Source: a candidate division WWE3 bacterium GW2011_GWC2_41_23 (GTDB lineage: Bacteria; Patescibacteriota; WWE3; UBA101185; UBA10185). Taken from it: a DNA stretch of 64,000 nucleotides. Where the stretch lies: positions 3,659 through 67,658 of the forward strand of contig LCBB01000003.1 of assembly GCA_000996895.1 (NCBI GenBank), written 5' to 3'. The position numbers and the translations under genes are program-made. The notes beneath the pieces were generated by a model, which saw nothing but the letters and a program-made list of their open reading frames with translations, was not told the origin of the DNA and made no database searches. Numbering within the stretch: position 1 is the first letter of the stretch; every line of letters starts with the position of its first letter. This document shows, one piece after another, positions 18,974 through 28,593 of the stretch.

Positions 18974-19621
18974 GTGAAACTACCCCAATCTTTAACAAGG
19001 CTAATAGAATCTTTCGAAAGACTTCCGGGCGTTGGTCCTAAAACTGCACAAAGGCTGACATTTTACCTGTTACATTTTCCCCAGGAAGAATTAGAGGCTT
19101 TTGCCGAAGCCTTAGAGGGTTTAAAGAAAAATACTAAACTGTGTTCTATATGTAAAAACGTGTCGGAAACTGATGTTTGTTCGGTTTGCGGAGACCCGGC
19201 GAGAGATAAAAAAACAATTGTGGTAGTGTCAAACCCCCTGGACTCTTTTGCGTTAGAAAGAACAGGATTTATGGGAACTTACCATGTACTACACGGCATC
19301 ATAGATCCTCTCAACAATATCGGACCCGAGGAGATTTTTATTAAGGAGCTCATCGATAGGGTGGGAGCATTGGCCGGTGAGGTGTCTTTTGAAAATGTAG
19401 ACAGCCCTGAAATTGTCGAAATTATCATTGCGACAAACATGAGCATGGAAGGGGAGTCGACGGCTATGTACATTTCCAAAATGCTAAAGGAACGTGGCCT
19501 GGACGGAGGAAAGGTGAAAGTAAGCCGTATCGCCAGAGGACTTCCGGTCGGGGGCGACGTAGAGTACGCCGATGACATAACGTTGGGCCGTGCGCTTGAA
19601 GGCCGTTTTGAGATTAAATAA
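18974..19621 (+). CDS. recR: recombination protein RecR
   Basis: LPGVGPKTAQR, C4 zinc finger, EGESTA, SRIARGLPVG. Confidence 0.96.
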   Translation: MKLPQSLTRLIESFERLPGVGPKTAQRLTFYLLHFPQEELEAFAEALEGLKKNTKLCSICKNVSETDVCSVCGDPARDKKTIVVVSNPLDSFALERTGFMGTYHVLHGIIDPLNNIGPEEIFIKELIDRVGALAGEVSFENVDSPEIVEIIIATNMSMEGESTAMYISKMLKERGLDGGKVKVSRIARGLPVGGDVEYADDITLGRALEGRFEIK

Positions 19622-19680
19622 AACTTCCTTGTTTATTATTAACGTATTCCTTCTTGCACTGTTGTGCTAAAATCGAAGTA

Positions 19681-21069
19681 ATGAAGTTATACAACTCACT
19701 CACGCGAAAAGTTGAAGATTTCAGTCCCCTTAACACCGAGATGGTCACAATGTACACCTGCGGTCCTACCGTTTATGACTATGCCCACATAGGTAATTTT
19801 AGGACATATTCCCTATCAGATTTTATAAATAGAGTTTTATTGTTCAACGGAAACCGTGTGAAATTTATTATGAACCTGACGGATGTGGGTCACATGACAG
19901 GTGACAATTTAGGAGACGCGGATACCGGTGAGGACCGTATGGAAAAATCAGTTGCCAAAGAAGGTCGCACCGCAATAGAAATTGCTAATTATTATATTCA
20001 GAAATTTACGCAAGATTATGACAAAATGAATTTTATACGCCCCGAAAAGTTTACCCGGGCTACCGAATATATTGATGAACAAATCCGTTTGGTTAAGCTT
20101 TTAGAAGAAAAGGGTTTTACTTATACGACGTCAGACGGAGTATATTTTGATACTTCTAAATTTGAAAGTTACGGTCAGCTCTCGGGGTATACAACGGACA
20201 ACGTGATGGAGGGTGCCCGTGTGGAAGTTAATCCCGAGAAAAAGCATCCTACCGATTTCGCGCTTTGGAAATTTTCGCCAATCAATGTCAAACGTTCACA
20301 GGAGTGGGCGTCGCCTTGGGGCACGGGATTTCCCGGGTGGCACCTCGAGTGCTCGGCTATGTCTTTAGCCGAGCTGGGAAATACTCTGGACATTCACGTC
20401 GGGGGAGAAGACCTGAGGATGACACACCACCAAAATGAAATTGCTCAAAGCGAGTGTGCGACGGGAAAGAAATTTGTCAGATACTGGGTTCACGGAGCCC
20501 ATATGATGGTGGACGGCGGAAGAATGGGGAAGAGCTTGGGGAATGCTTATACCTTGGCTGATATTGAGAAGAAGGGTTTCGATCCCATGGTTTTAAGATA
20601 CTTTTTTATGTCGTCTCACTACAGAAGCAAGCTGAATTTTACATGGGAGGCTCTACAGAGTGCCCAAAACGCCTTAAGAAGACTATACGAACTTGCCAGG
20701 GGTTACAAAAAAGAAGAAACAGCTAAACCGTCCAAAGATTACATCAAGAAATTCGGTGAAAAAATAAATGATGACCTGAATATGCCGGAAGCCCTTGCGG
20801 TAGTTTGGGAAATGATAAAGTCCGAACTGGAGGAGCCTGAAAAGCTTGCTACCCTCATAAAAATGGATTCGGTGTTAGGTTTGAGAATTGAAGAACATCT
20901 GGCGTACGATACCCCTCAAAAAGTGTTGGACGTTGCTAAAATGAGGTCTGAATACAGGAAGGCAGGAATTTGGGACAAGGCCGATCTGGCAAGAAAGCAG
21001 ATTTTAGAGATGGGGTACGAGGTAGAGGATCTTCCGGACGGAAAGTTCAAGATTAAAAGAAAGATGTGA
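19681..21069 (+). CDS. cysS: cysteinyl-tRNA synthetase
   Basis: CGPTVYD..HIGN, PGWHLECSAM, HHQNEIAQSE, RMGKS. Confidence 0.97.
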   Translation: MKLYNSLTRKVEDFSPLNTEMVTMYTCGPTVYDYAHIGNFRTYSLSDFINRVLLFNGNRVKFIMNLTDVGHMTGDNLGDADTGEDRMEKSVAKEGRTAIEIANYYIQKFTQDYDKMNFIRPEKFTRATEYIDEQIRLVKLLEEKGFTYTTSDGVYFDTSKFESYGQLSGYTTDNVMEGARVEVNPEKKHPTDFALWKFSPINVKRSQEWASPWGTGFPGWHLECSAMSLAELGNTLDIHVGGEDLRMTHHQNEIAQSECATGKKFVRYWVHGAHMMVDGGRMGKSLGNAYTLADIEKKGFDPMVLRYFFMSSHYRSKLNFTWEALQSAQNALRRLYELARGYKKEETAKPSKDYIKKFGEKINDDLNMPEALAVVWEMIKSELEEPEKLATLIKMDSVLGLRIEEHLAYDTPQKVLDVAKMRSEYRKAGIWDKADLARKQILEMGYEVEDLPDGKFKIKRKM

Positions 21070-21081
21070 GCAGCGCGTTCC

Positions 21082-23013
21082 TTATTCTGTCAGCAACCAT
21101 CTCACGGCGTTTATTCCTATATATTCCCTTAGTAGATTGCCGTATCTTGGCTCATAAGTAAAATCTTCAGACGGATCTTCAACATTGTCGGTTCCCTGTA
21201 GTGTTCTCTGGAATATAAATTTGTTTGCCACGAAGACCCCCCTTAATTTTAGAGTGCCTGTTTGGTCGCCTTCATCAGTATCGTAAGCTGTATAAAACGT
21301 ACCATCCGTGTGGATAGCACAATTTATTTCACTTACCGTTTTCCTTATTTCCACGTCCCCCGAGACTATGAACAATACGGCAGAGGAAGGAGCCAATGTG
21401 ATTTCTTTATCAAATCTTAGGTTGCCGTTTATGAATACCACTTGCTTAAAGGTGCTGGTGCCGTAACCGTTGGGTAGACTTGTGGCGCTGATTGTGAAAT
21501 CACCGTTTTTAATGTAAACGCCATCTGTAGTTGGCAGGGTGTTGAAGATTTCTATGGGTGTTCTTGTGGATTCGAGTAATTCAAGATATGTATAATCCTT
21601 TATACCGGTGTTGTTTTTGACCACCCACCCCTTGGTGCTTGTAAAAAAGTTTACCTCGGAGTTACCCGCTTCAATCACACTGTCTGTATTATTATCACTT
21701 GACTCAGAAAGCATATCTATTCCCAATCTGCTTCCTACTAAGCCGCCTCCCCGTAATTTGATCCACGGACCGTTAATACACAGGTCTTTGGTGGACGAAT
21801 TACCGGCCAAATCCTCGGCGTAAAACCTTACCGTTTTACAAATTTTCCAGTTACTATCGCAAAAATCTGTTTTGGGGCTAAGGAGAGTTGCGGTTACTAC
21901 CCCGGGTAAAAACGGAGGCGATATCAGAGGTGCCCACGTATTCGGTTGCCACGCACTGGCGCATGACATTAAATCGGCAAAACTACCGAATTCCGGGTTT
22001 CTGTCCGTGTGGTATTGAAATTTGTCGGTAAGAGTAGATATTCCGGACGTAGTGTCGTCAACCATGGTTGTCACGTAAAGGTGATGGTCGCTTGGCCCGA
22101 ACACACCTCTGTAAGCATTGGAATTACGCCAATTGGTCGGAGGAGTTTGGTCTATTTTAAATGAAGCAGTCTGAACCGGCTCAATATTTCCCGAACGGTC
22201 GACCGAGTAATAAGAAATTATGTGATTCCCGTCTGTTGATACCGTAAAAGTTGTATCCGCGGATTTCAGAGAGTTGTTTATGGTAGCACCGTCCATATAT
22301 ACAATACCCGCGCCCTCAAGACCGACCTCAATATATACACCGATTGCGTCCGCCACACTGACGACAAAGGGCTCTGAAATTTTTGCCCACGCGGTGGTGC
22401 CGTTAACGGTGGGGCTTTGCCCAAGTTCGGTGTATACAAAGTTATCATTTATATCTTTAGACACGGCAAATATTTTAAAATAAGCGTTTCCGAGAACGGA
22501 TTCGGTTTTAAGCCATACTTCAGCCAGCATATTACTAAGAGGGTTGGCCGCCGAGTAGCTAACAGCATGATTGATAGAGTGCCAACCAGCCCCCGCAGAG
22601 TTGATCTTTATTGATGTGCTGTCGAACACGTAATTTAGAGTATTCCTACCGTATGTTGCCAGTCCGTCCTGCAAACCGGCTTCCCAATATAGTGTGTTTA
22701 TAGATGAACCTGAGCTGGCGATTTCGAACGAAGGATTAGGCGCAAGATTAAGAGTGTCGGATTTTGTTACCGTTATCCAACTGCCGGAGTCTATCTTGTA
22801 ATTTATTGAACCCACGCCACTGTCAAGGTCGGTTGCTGCGAGGACGATATTGACGGGGGTTATATACCAGTCGGCCAGCCCGTTCGGAATTGCGGGTGTT
22901 TTAGTTAAGGTTGTGTAAGGCGGCACTTTGCTGGCAAACACAGGCTGCTGAGATACCAGGATAAAAAGCAAAGGTAACACTATTACAGCTAGGGCAGTCT
23001 TCCTTAAATTCAT
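21082..23013 (-). CDS. secreted protein with Ig-like (OmpL47-type) and galactose-binding-like domains
   Basis: Signal peptide (VFA), ATD..SGV..I.Y.ID and DG.H.I.YYSVD..GN.E patterns, NLAPNPSFE CBM-like insert. Confidence 0.7.
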   Translation of the reverse strand: MNLRKTALAVIVLPLLFILVSQQPVFASKVPPYTTLTKTPAIPNGLADWYITPVNIVLAATDLDSGVGSINYKIDSGSWITVTKSDTLNLAPNPSFEIASSGSSINTLYWEAGLQDGLATYGRNTLNYVFDSTSIKINSAGAGWHSINHAVSYSAANPLSNMLAEVWLKTESVLGNAYFKIFAVSKDINDNFVYTELGQSPTVNGTTAWAKISEPFVVSVADAIGVYIEVGLEGAGIVYMDGATINNSLKSADTTFTVSTDGNHIISYYSVDRSGNIEPVQTASFKIDQTPPTNWRNSNAYRGVFGPSDHHLYVTTMVDDTTSGISTLTDKFQYHTDRNPEFGSFADLMSCASAWQPNTWAPLISPPFLPGVVTATLLSPKTDFCDSNWKICKTVRFYAEDLAGNSSTKDLCINGPWIKLRGGGLVGSRLGIDMLSESSDNNTDSVIEAGNSEVNFFTSTKGWVVKNNTGIKDYTYLELLESTRTPIEIFNTLPTTDGVYIKNGDFTISATSLPNGYGTSTFKQVVFINGNLRFDKEITLAPSSAVLFIVSGDVEIRKTVSEINCAIHTDGTFYTAYDTDEGDQTGTLKLRGVFVANKFIFQRTLQGTDNVEDPSEDFTYEPRYGNLLREYIGINAVRWLLTE

Positions 23014-23102
23014 CTACGTATATGATAGTTTAGGGCGGTTTATGGTGCAATGATTTATCAGATATGGTTGTGTATTACCGCCGATTCGTTTAATCTTTTT
23101 AT

Positions 23103-23834
23103 ATGGAAATGACACGCGAATCTGACAGCACATTTTCAGATCAGGAAACCTCTAATTCTACTACCGGGTTCGGAGGGGGTGAAGAGGGCGTCTCTGAAAA
23201 GGTAACTTCTATTGTTCCTGTCAGCCCCGTACAAAAACCTGATTCGTTTCAGCTTATGCAATCTGTGCTTGCTGATCAGGAAGCACGAAGGAAGCAGTCA
23301 GCGAAAAAAGCTGAGGACAGAAAAATGAAGCTGGAGTCGGAGAAGCGGGAAGAGGCAAGAATAAGAAAAGAAATAAGGGAAGGTACGGGACCGTCCGAAA
23401 AAAAACTAGACGAGTGGCGTACGGAGATCGGTCATGAGGCAGAAGAGAAGTTGCTTGAGTACTTTATGAAAATTCCCGTTGTTACGGTTGTTGATTGGGA
23501 AAACCACGAAAAAGAGGTACAAATGCCGGGAAAAGTTTACGTAGCCCGTGTCAACGCTATGCAGGACTGGAGCGGTAAAGGAGATTTTGCTCTTTCATGG
23601 GGTAAAGAGTGGATTTTGGTGGACTTAACCATCTCTAACGATTCCAGGGTATTGGCGGAGAAGTTTGAAAAAGAACGTAACGGGGGACCCAGAGTCCTGA
23701 AAATAAGCCGGACCACGCTGAATAATGCTGCTTTGGGCGGGGAATATTACCAAGATAAGGTTGTAAGTGCCCTAAGGGAAATGGTAGTTGCGTACAAAGA
23801 AGACCGTTTGCGTAAGCCCCAAAATAGGGTATAA
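23103..23834 (+). CDS. hypothetical protein (coiled coil plus possible PD-(D/E)xK-like domain)
   Basis: 243-aa ORF; G..AE...QD..GKGDF...VDLT arrangement. Confidence 0.6.
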   Translation: MEMTRESDSTFSDQETSNSTTGFGGGEEGVSEKVTSIVPVSPVQKPDSFQLMQSVLADQEARRKQSAKKAEDRKMKLESEKREEARIRKEIREGTGPSEKKLDEWRTEIGHEAEEKLLEYFMKIPVVTVVDWENHEKEVQMPGKVYVARVNAMQDWSGKGDFALSWGKEWILVDLTISNDSRVLAEKFEKERNGGPRVLKISRTTLNNAALGGEYYQDKVVSALREMVVAYKEDRLRKPQNRV

Positions 23835-23865
23835 TCCATAATCACTATAGGGTAAAGGAGAGGAT

Positions 23866-24150
23866 ATGATGCTGCGCAAAGGGTATTTGATGGCCTACCT
23901 TGTACAAATTTCTGAGGAAAATCTCAAGGTAGTGATTTTAGCAGTTACCACGCACAATCCTCCTTTTGTCAAAATTTTTGATAATTTGGAGGAGGCAAGG
24001 ACAGCTGTCTTTGGCATTACCGGGGCGCATCTTCCGGAATTGACTCCGATAACCAAAGACGTTTTTTGGAGCAATATCAAAGATCTAAAAAAATCCGATG
24101 AACGGTTAGCCCCTATAAATTTTGGCTCTGTCCTTAAAAGGCTTGTGTAA
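23866..24150 (+). CDS. hypothetical protein
   Basis: Strong SD AAGGAGAGG, followed by terminator. Confidence 0.65.
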   Translation: MMLRKGYLMAYLVQISEENLKVVILAVTTHNPPFVKIFDNLEEARTAVFGITGAHLPELTPITKDVFWSNIKDLKKSDERLAPINFGSVLKRLV

Positions 24151-24186
24151 AAACAATAACCTTTTTGACAGATCCCTTTACCCATA

Positions 24187-24233
24187 CCCCCGCAATGAAC
24201 TTAATTATTAGGTTTTTGACGGGGGATTTTTTT
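24187..24233 (+). terminator. intrinsic terminator
   Basis: cccccg/cggggg stem followed by T7. Confidence 0.55.
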
Positions 24234-24283
24234 GGTTTCAAGTTTGTTTCCAAACTTACACTATCCCTATATAATCACCCCAT

Positions 24284-25399
24284 ATGTCTTTATCAATAGG
24301 AATAGTCGGTCTCCCCAACGTCGGAAAATCAACATTATTTAACGCCCTTCTTAAACGCCAGGCCGCACTCGCGGCTAACTATCCCTTTGCCACCATTGAG
24401 CCCAACACCGGTATCGTGGATGTTCCGGACCCGCGCCTGAACATTCTTGCCCAGTTTGTTAGAAACGATTACGGCAATAAGGCAGGTGACAGGCAAATAC
24501 CTGAAAAAATAATTCCTGCGGTAGTTCAGTTTTATGACATAGCAGGCCTCGTCAAAGGAGCTTCTCAGGGAGAAGGACTCGGCAACGAATTCCTCGGTCA
24601 CATACGCGGGGTAGATGCCATCGTTCAGGTTGTCCGCGACTTTACCGACGAAAACGTAATAAGAGCAGGGGCGACCAATCCCGAAGAAGATGTTCAGACA
24701 ATAAACACAGAACTAATTCTTGCAGACCTCCAGTCCTTAGAAAAAAAGATTCCAATCCTCGAAAAAGAACTAAAAACGGCAAAAGACCCTGATTCGCAGC
24801 GTAAGCTACAGGTTATAACAAAGGTGCGCGAGACCCTTAATAGGGGAGAGCTTGCCTTGTCTTTAAACCTCGAAAAAGAGGATGAAATCCTCATAAAAGA
24901 CCTTAATCTTCTCACTCTTAAACCAATGATTATTGTACTAAACACGGATGAGTCAAAATTGAGCACCCAGGATACTCAGAATATAACAATATTAGGTAAG
25001 GGCGGTTTAAGGATTTGTGCCAAAATCGAGTCGGAACTTGCGGAATTTGACGAAAACGAGAGGCAATCCTACATGAAAGAAATCGGAATTACCGAACCCG
25101 GTCTCGACCGCCTGATACGCAAGGGGTACGAGCTTCTTAACCTCGAATCTTTTCTCACTATGGGACCTAAAGAAGTGCGGGCGTGGACTTACACAAAAGG
25201 AGACAAGGCACCCCAGGCGGCCGGAAAAATTCACACGGATTTTGAACGTGGTTTTATATCTGCCGAAATAGTTAATTATGCTGATCTAAAGCCATTGGAG
25301 AGCCTAAAAAAGGCCAGGGAAAAGGGTTTGGTTAGACTGGAGGGCAAGAACTACACGATGCGGGACGGAGACGTGGTTGAGTTTAATTTTAGCGTTTGA
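24284..25399 (+). CDS. ychF: ribosome-binding ATPase YchF
   Basis: GLPNVGKST, NYPFATIEPN, DIAGLV.GAS.GEGLGN, IHTDFERGFI. Confidence 0.97.
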   Translation: MSLSIGIVGLPNVGKSTLFNALLKRQAALAANYPFATIEPNTGIVDVPDPRLNILAQFVRNDYGNKAGDRQIPEKIIPAVVQFYDIAGLVKGASQGEGLGNEFLGHIRGVDAIVQVVRDFTDENVIRAGATNPEEDVQTINTELILADLQSLEKKIPILEKELKTAKDPDSQRKLQVITKVRETLNRGELALSLNLEKEDEILIKDLNLLTLKPMIIVLNTDESKLSTQDTQNITILGKGGLRICAKIESELAEFDENERQSYMKEIGITEPGLDRLIRKGYELLNLESFLTMGPKEVRAWTYTKGDKAPQAAGKIHTDFERGFISAEIVNYADLKPLESLKKAREKGLVRLEGKNYTMRDGDVVEFNFSV

Positions 25400-25539
25400 G
25401 CCGACCCCCTTGCGCAAAAGTCACTTTTTTTGTACTATTCATAAGCTCAAATGATTCTAGTTACATTAGACGTCTTTGGTAGACACCTAAACCATAATGT
25501 ATATAATAGACTCGTTGACGAAGGAATTTATCTAAACAT

Positions 25540-25824
25540 ATGAAGCAATACGAAATAATGAATATTTATAAATTGGAACTCGGAGAAGAGGGGGCTAAAG
25601 AGCTTTCTTCCAAGGTCCAGGAAAATATTGATTCTAACGGAGGCAAAGTAACTGCCTCTAATTTTTGGGGAAAGAGGAAGTTTGCTTATGAAATGAATAA
25701 GCAGAGAGAAGGCTTTTACGAGGTAATAAACTTCGAAATCGATCCCTCTAAACTCAAAAAATTTGAAAGTAAACTTAAGTTAATGAACGGTGTATTTAGG
25801 TATTTAATTACAGCTCAGAGCTGA
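25540..25824 (+). CDS. rpsF: 30S ribosomal protein S6
   Basis: YEIM, WGKRKFAYEM, GFY; rpsF-ssb-rpsR order. Confidence 0.95.
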   Translation: MKQYEIMNIYKLELGEEGAKELSSKVQENIDSNGGKVTASNFWGKRKFAYEMNKQREGFYEVINFEIDPSKLKKFESKLKLMNGVFRYLITAQS

Positions 25825-25837
25825 CATTTGGAGGTAT

Positions 25838-26245
25838 ATGGCATCAAGAAACCTGAACAAGGTAATACTCATAGGTAACCTCACGAGAGATCCAGTGGCC
25901 ACCAACAGGGAATGGGTCACACAGGGTGAAAAGAAACAGTCCGTTGATTTTCACAATATCGTAGCCTGGAATAAATTGGCCGAAATCTGCGGACAGCTCC
26001 TTAAAAAGGGCACCAAAGTTTACGTTGAAGGCAGACTTCAGACCAGGGATTGGACCGGCGACGATGGCAAAAAGAGATACAAGACCGAAGTAATAATTGA
26101 CGACATGATTATACTTTCTCCTAAGAAAGACGGGGTGGAAGGCGAGGAAGAAACTTCGGAAGAAGACTTCGTAACAGGCAGCACCACCGGAGAAGAGATC
26201 AACCTTGACGATATAGATTTAGGAGACCTTGATTCCTCCAATTAA
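25838..26245 (+). CDS. ssb: single-stranded DNA-binding protein (internal in-frame gap)
   Basis: NKVILIGNLTRDP, VYVEGRLQTR.W, acidic tail. Confidence 0.93.
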   Translation: MASRNLNKVILIGNLTRDPVATNREWVTQGEKKQSVDFHNIVAWNKLAEICGQLLKKGTKVYVEGRLQTRDWTGDDGKKRYKTEVIIDDMIILSPKKDGVEGEEETSEEDFVTGSTTGEEINLDDIDLGDLDSSN

Positions 26246-26292
26246 TTAAGAAAATAAGGCCCCTGCCCGGCAGGGGCTTGGTTAACAAAGAT

Positions 26293-26553
26293 ATGCCGAT
26301 TAAGAAAAAAACAAATACAAAATCATCAATAAGAAAGCCAAAAAGAAACACCGAGTGTTACTTTACACAAACGGGAACTAAGCCTGACTACAAAGAGGCT
26401 TTGGTTCTGAGAAGATTTATAAGTGATAGAGGTAAGATTATTCCCCAAAAGTATTCCGGACTGATGTCCAGGCACCAAAGAAAGCTTGCCCAGGAAGTCA
26501 AAAAAGCCAGATATATGGGTCTTATCCAGTATACAGACAGACACGCCATCTGA
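26293..26553 (+). CDS. rpsR: 30S ribosomal protein S18
   Basis: DYK..L.RFISDRGKI, QRKLA..VKKAR. Confidence 0.95.
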   Translation: MPIKKKTNTKSSIRKPKRNTECYFTQTGTKPDYKEALVLRRFISDRGKIIPQKYSGLMSRHQRKLAQEVKKARYMGLIQYTDRHAI

Positions 26554-26565
26554 TACTATATATTC

Positions 26566-27567
26566 ATGCCCGTTTTAGCTGCCTATATTGGATATTCAGG
26601 TGTGAGTGTTGCTATTGAAAAGCAGGACGGGACTTTCGATTTTCAGAGATTTCCATATTCTTACTCCCGCGAACTTTTTTCGAGTGTTTGCGACGAGAAC
26701 TATTTTTACGCCGAGGTGCTGGAAGGTATTGCCAAAGAAAATAAGGTAAAACTAGCTGATTTCGACTTGCTCATGACCGGTTTTATAAGTTTTCCCCTGC
26801 CCGACCTGAATATAAAACTAATGGCTGACGTACGGGATCTTCTGTCCAAACAAGAAGAGAATTTTCCTGTGTTGATAGATGAGGTTACGGTGCTTACGAA
26901 GGATACCATGCTTTCCCAGGTTCCCATCGACTTTTTAACAAATAATGAGTATTTTGCGAATATTTCTATCTACCCCCAGCTTATAACCAGAGACTACAAC
27001 GACCAGGTAAGCCTTGACGGCTTGATAATAGATAAGGTTAAAAAAGCCGGAATCAAGCTCACCTCAAATAAGCCCGTATTATTTACGGGGGATCGTTTTG
27101 CCCGCCGTGATTTTGAACCTGTGTTTAAATACTCTTTGGCTTTGGATCTTTTCGACAGCCCGGGTTACTACTACGTAAAAATCGATAGAAACAACGCAAC
27201 TCTCCTGTCTCAGCTAATAAAAGAGTACAACCCTAACATAAACGTGGATACCTCGCAGGTAATCGAAGAAGTTGGTACTTTTGCTATAGTTCCCGGTGAC
27301 ACTGAAGTTCTACTTTCAACAGCCTTGGATACCGGGCAGTTTTTTGAAATCGAAAAAAACTCAGTTTTTTCCGTTCCCCTGGATAATTCTATAACTACTA
27401 AACTTAGTGTAAAAAATAAATCGATAGGTAACCTCGTAGGTGGGGTAGTGGGAGGAACCCTGGGTCTTCTTTTTGACACAAGGCTGGAACGTAACCAACT
27501 TATCTCAGACATAAAGATAATGAACACATTTATGAGGGAAATTGAGGAGGCCGTGAAGGGAATTTAA
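26566..27567 (+). CDS. GlmL (glutamate mutase L)-like protein, degenerate
   Basis: N-terminal actin-like strand VLAAYIGYS; C-terminal VGGTLGLLFDTR resembles the GlmL GG.LG.IIDAR motif. Confidence 0.5.
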   Translation: MPVLAAYIGYSGVSVAIEKQDGTFDFQRFPYSYSRELFSSVCDENYFYAEVLEGIAKENKVKLADFDLLMTGFISFPLPDLNIKLMADVRDLLSKQEENFPVLIDEVTVLTKDTMLSQVPIDFLTNNEYFANISIYPQLITRDYNDQVSLDGLIIDKVKKAGIKLTSNKPVLFTGDRFARRDFEPVFKYSLALDLFDSPGYYYVKIDRNNATLLSQLIKEYNPNINVDTSQVIEEVGTFAIVPGDTEVLLSTALDTGQFFEIEKNSVFSVPLDNSITTKLSVKNKSIGNLVGGVVGGTLGLLFDTRLERNQLISDIKIMNTFMREIEEAVKGI

Positions 27568-27569
27568 CA

Positions 27570-28583
27570 ATGCTGGCTCCGATTATAAGAAAAATAATAC
27601 AAAATAAAACAGTTATGGTGGAGAGGTATTTACCTAGTAAGGGTAATTTATTTGTTCAAAAGGGAGACAGGTTAGAACCTTTTCAAAAACTGGGGGATTG
27701 TATGCACTCTCCGAGTAGTGTTTACTTCCCGAAAGAATTCGAACCGGTAAAATTTTTACGCGAAAAAGTTTACTTTCAAAAAGGTAACCTACTTGGAAAG
27801 CTGGGGGCAAAAAAAATCACGGCAGAAGAAAACGGTTATATGAGTTTCGACGATGCCTCCGGAGAATACTTTTTCGAAGACATGCCCGTAAAATTTACTC
27901 TGCTTTCAGGTCTCTGGGGAGAAGTTAGTGACATCGTTCCCGAGAGCTCTGTTTTGATTAAAACCACTGTAGCCGAGGTTGATCTCGTGGCGTGTACACC
28001 TAATTTCTCATTCGGGGAACTGGTAGTTTTTCCAAATCCTACTGAGATACTGGAGAAGTTTTACCTGGAAAGTTTTGTAAAGTCCACCGAAGGTAAAATT
28101 GTATACGTCGGCCATTACGCCGATTTGGACACGATAAAGAAAGCACATGACCTCAAAATATCAGCCATAGTTGCCGGAAGTGCGGACCCGGTAGGATTTT
28201 CTTACGCAAAATCGGCTAATATCGGGCTTGGCGTGCTTTCGGGCTTCGGTAAACTGGAAACTCCCGATTTTGTTTATAAGTTGTTTAATTCCGTGGCTTA
28301 CAGGCACGTGTTTTTCCATGGGGATTTGGGCGTTTTGCGTATTCCGATGTCCGGCACTGAAGAAGAAACTGCCCCCTCAAAAAAGAAAAAAACCGCGCTT
28401 AAGGTTATGCGCAAGGTTATAAAGAAAGTGATGAGGGGACAAAAAGTACAGGTATTGCAGAAACCGCATTTCGGTAAAATCGGGATAATTGACAGAGTTT
28501 CAGTATCTAGTATATTTGTAAGGTTCGATAATGAGCTAGGTCCCGTAGAAATTGACCTACCGAATTTTTTCATCATCGAATAG
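27570..28583 (+). CDS. conserved hypothetical protein partnered with GlmL-like gene
   Basis: ERYLPSKGNLFVQKGDRLEP barrel-sandwich-like start, KOW-like C-terminus. Confidence 0.6.
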   Translation: MLAPIIRKIIQNKTVMVERYLPSKGNLFVQKGDRLEPFQKLGDCMHSPSSVYFPKEFEPVKFLREKVYFQKGNLLGKLGAKKITAEENGYMSFDDASGEYFFEDMPVKFTLLSGLWGEVSDIVPESSVLIKTTVAEVDLVACTPNFSFGELVVFPNPTEILEKFYLESFVKSTEGKIVYVGHYADLDTIKKAHDLKISAIVAGSADPVGFSYAKSANIGLGVLSGFGKLETPDFVYKLFNSVAYRHVFFHGDLGVLRIPMSGTEEETAPSKKKKTALKVMRKVIKKVMRGQKVQVLQKPHFGKIGIIDRVSVSSIFVRFDNELGPVEIDLPNFFIIE

Positions 28584-28593
28584 AAAAAAATTA

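Noticed and set aside
25487-25514. dif-like core CATAATGTATATAAT in the rpsF leader
   Set aside because: Outer arms do not match dif or each other; sits in a ribosomal protein leader with no recombinase nearby
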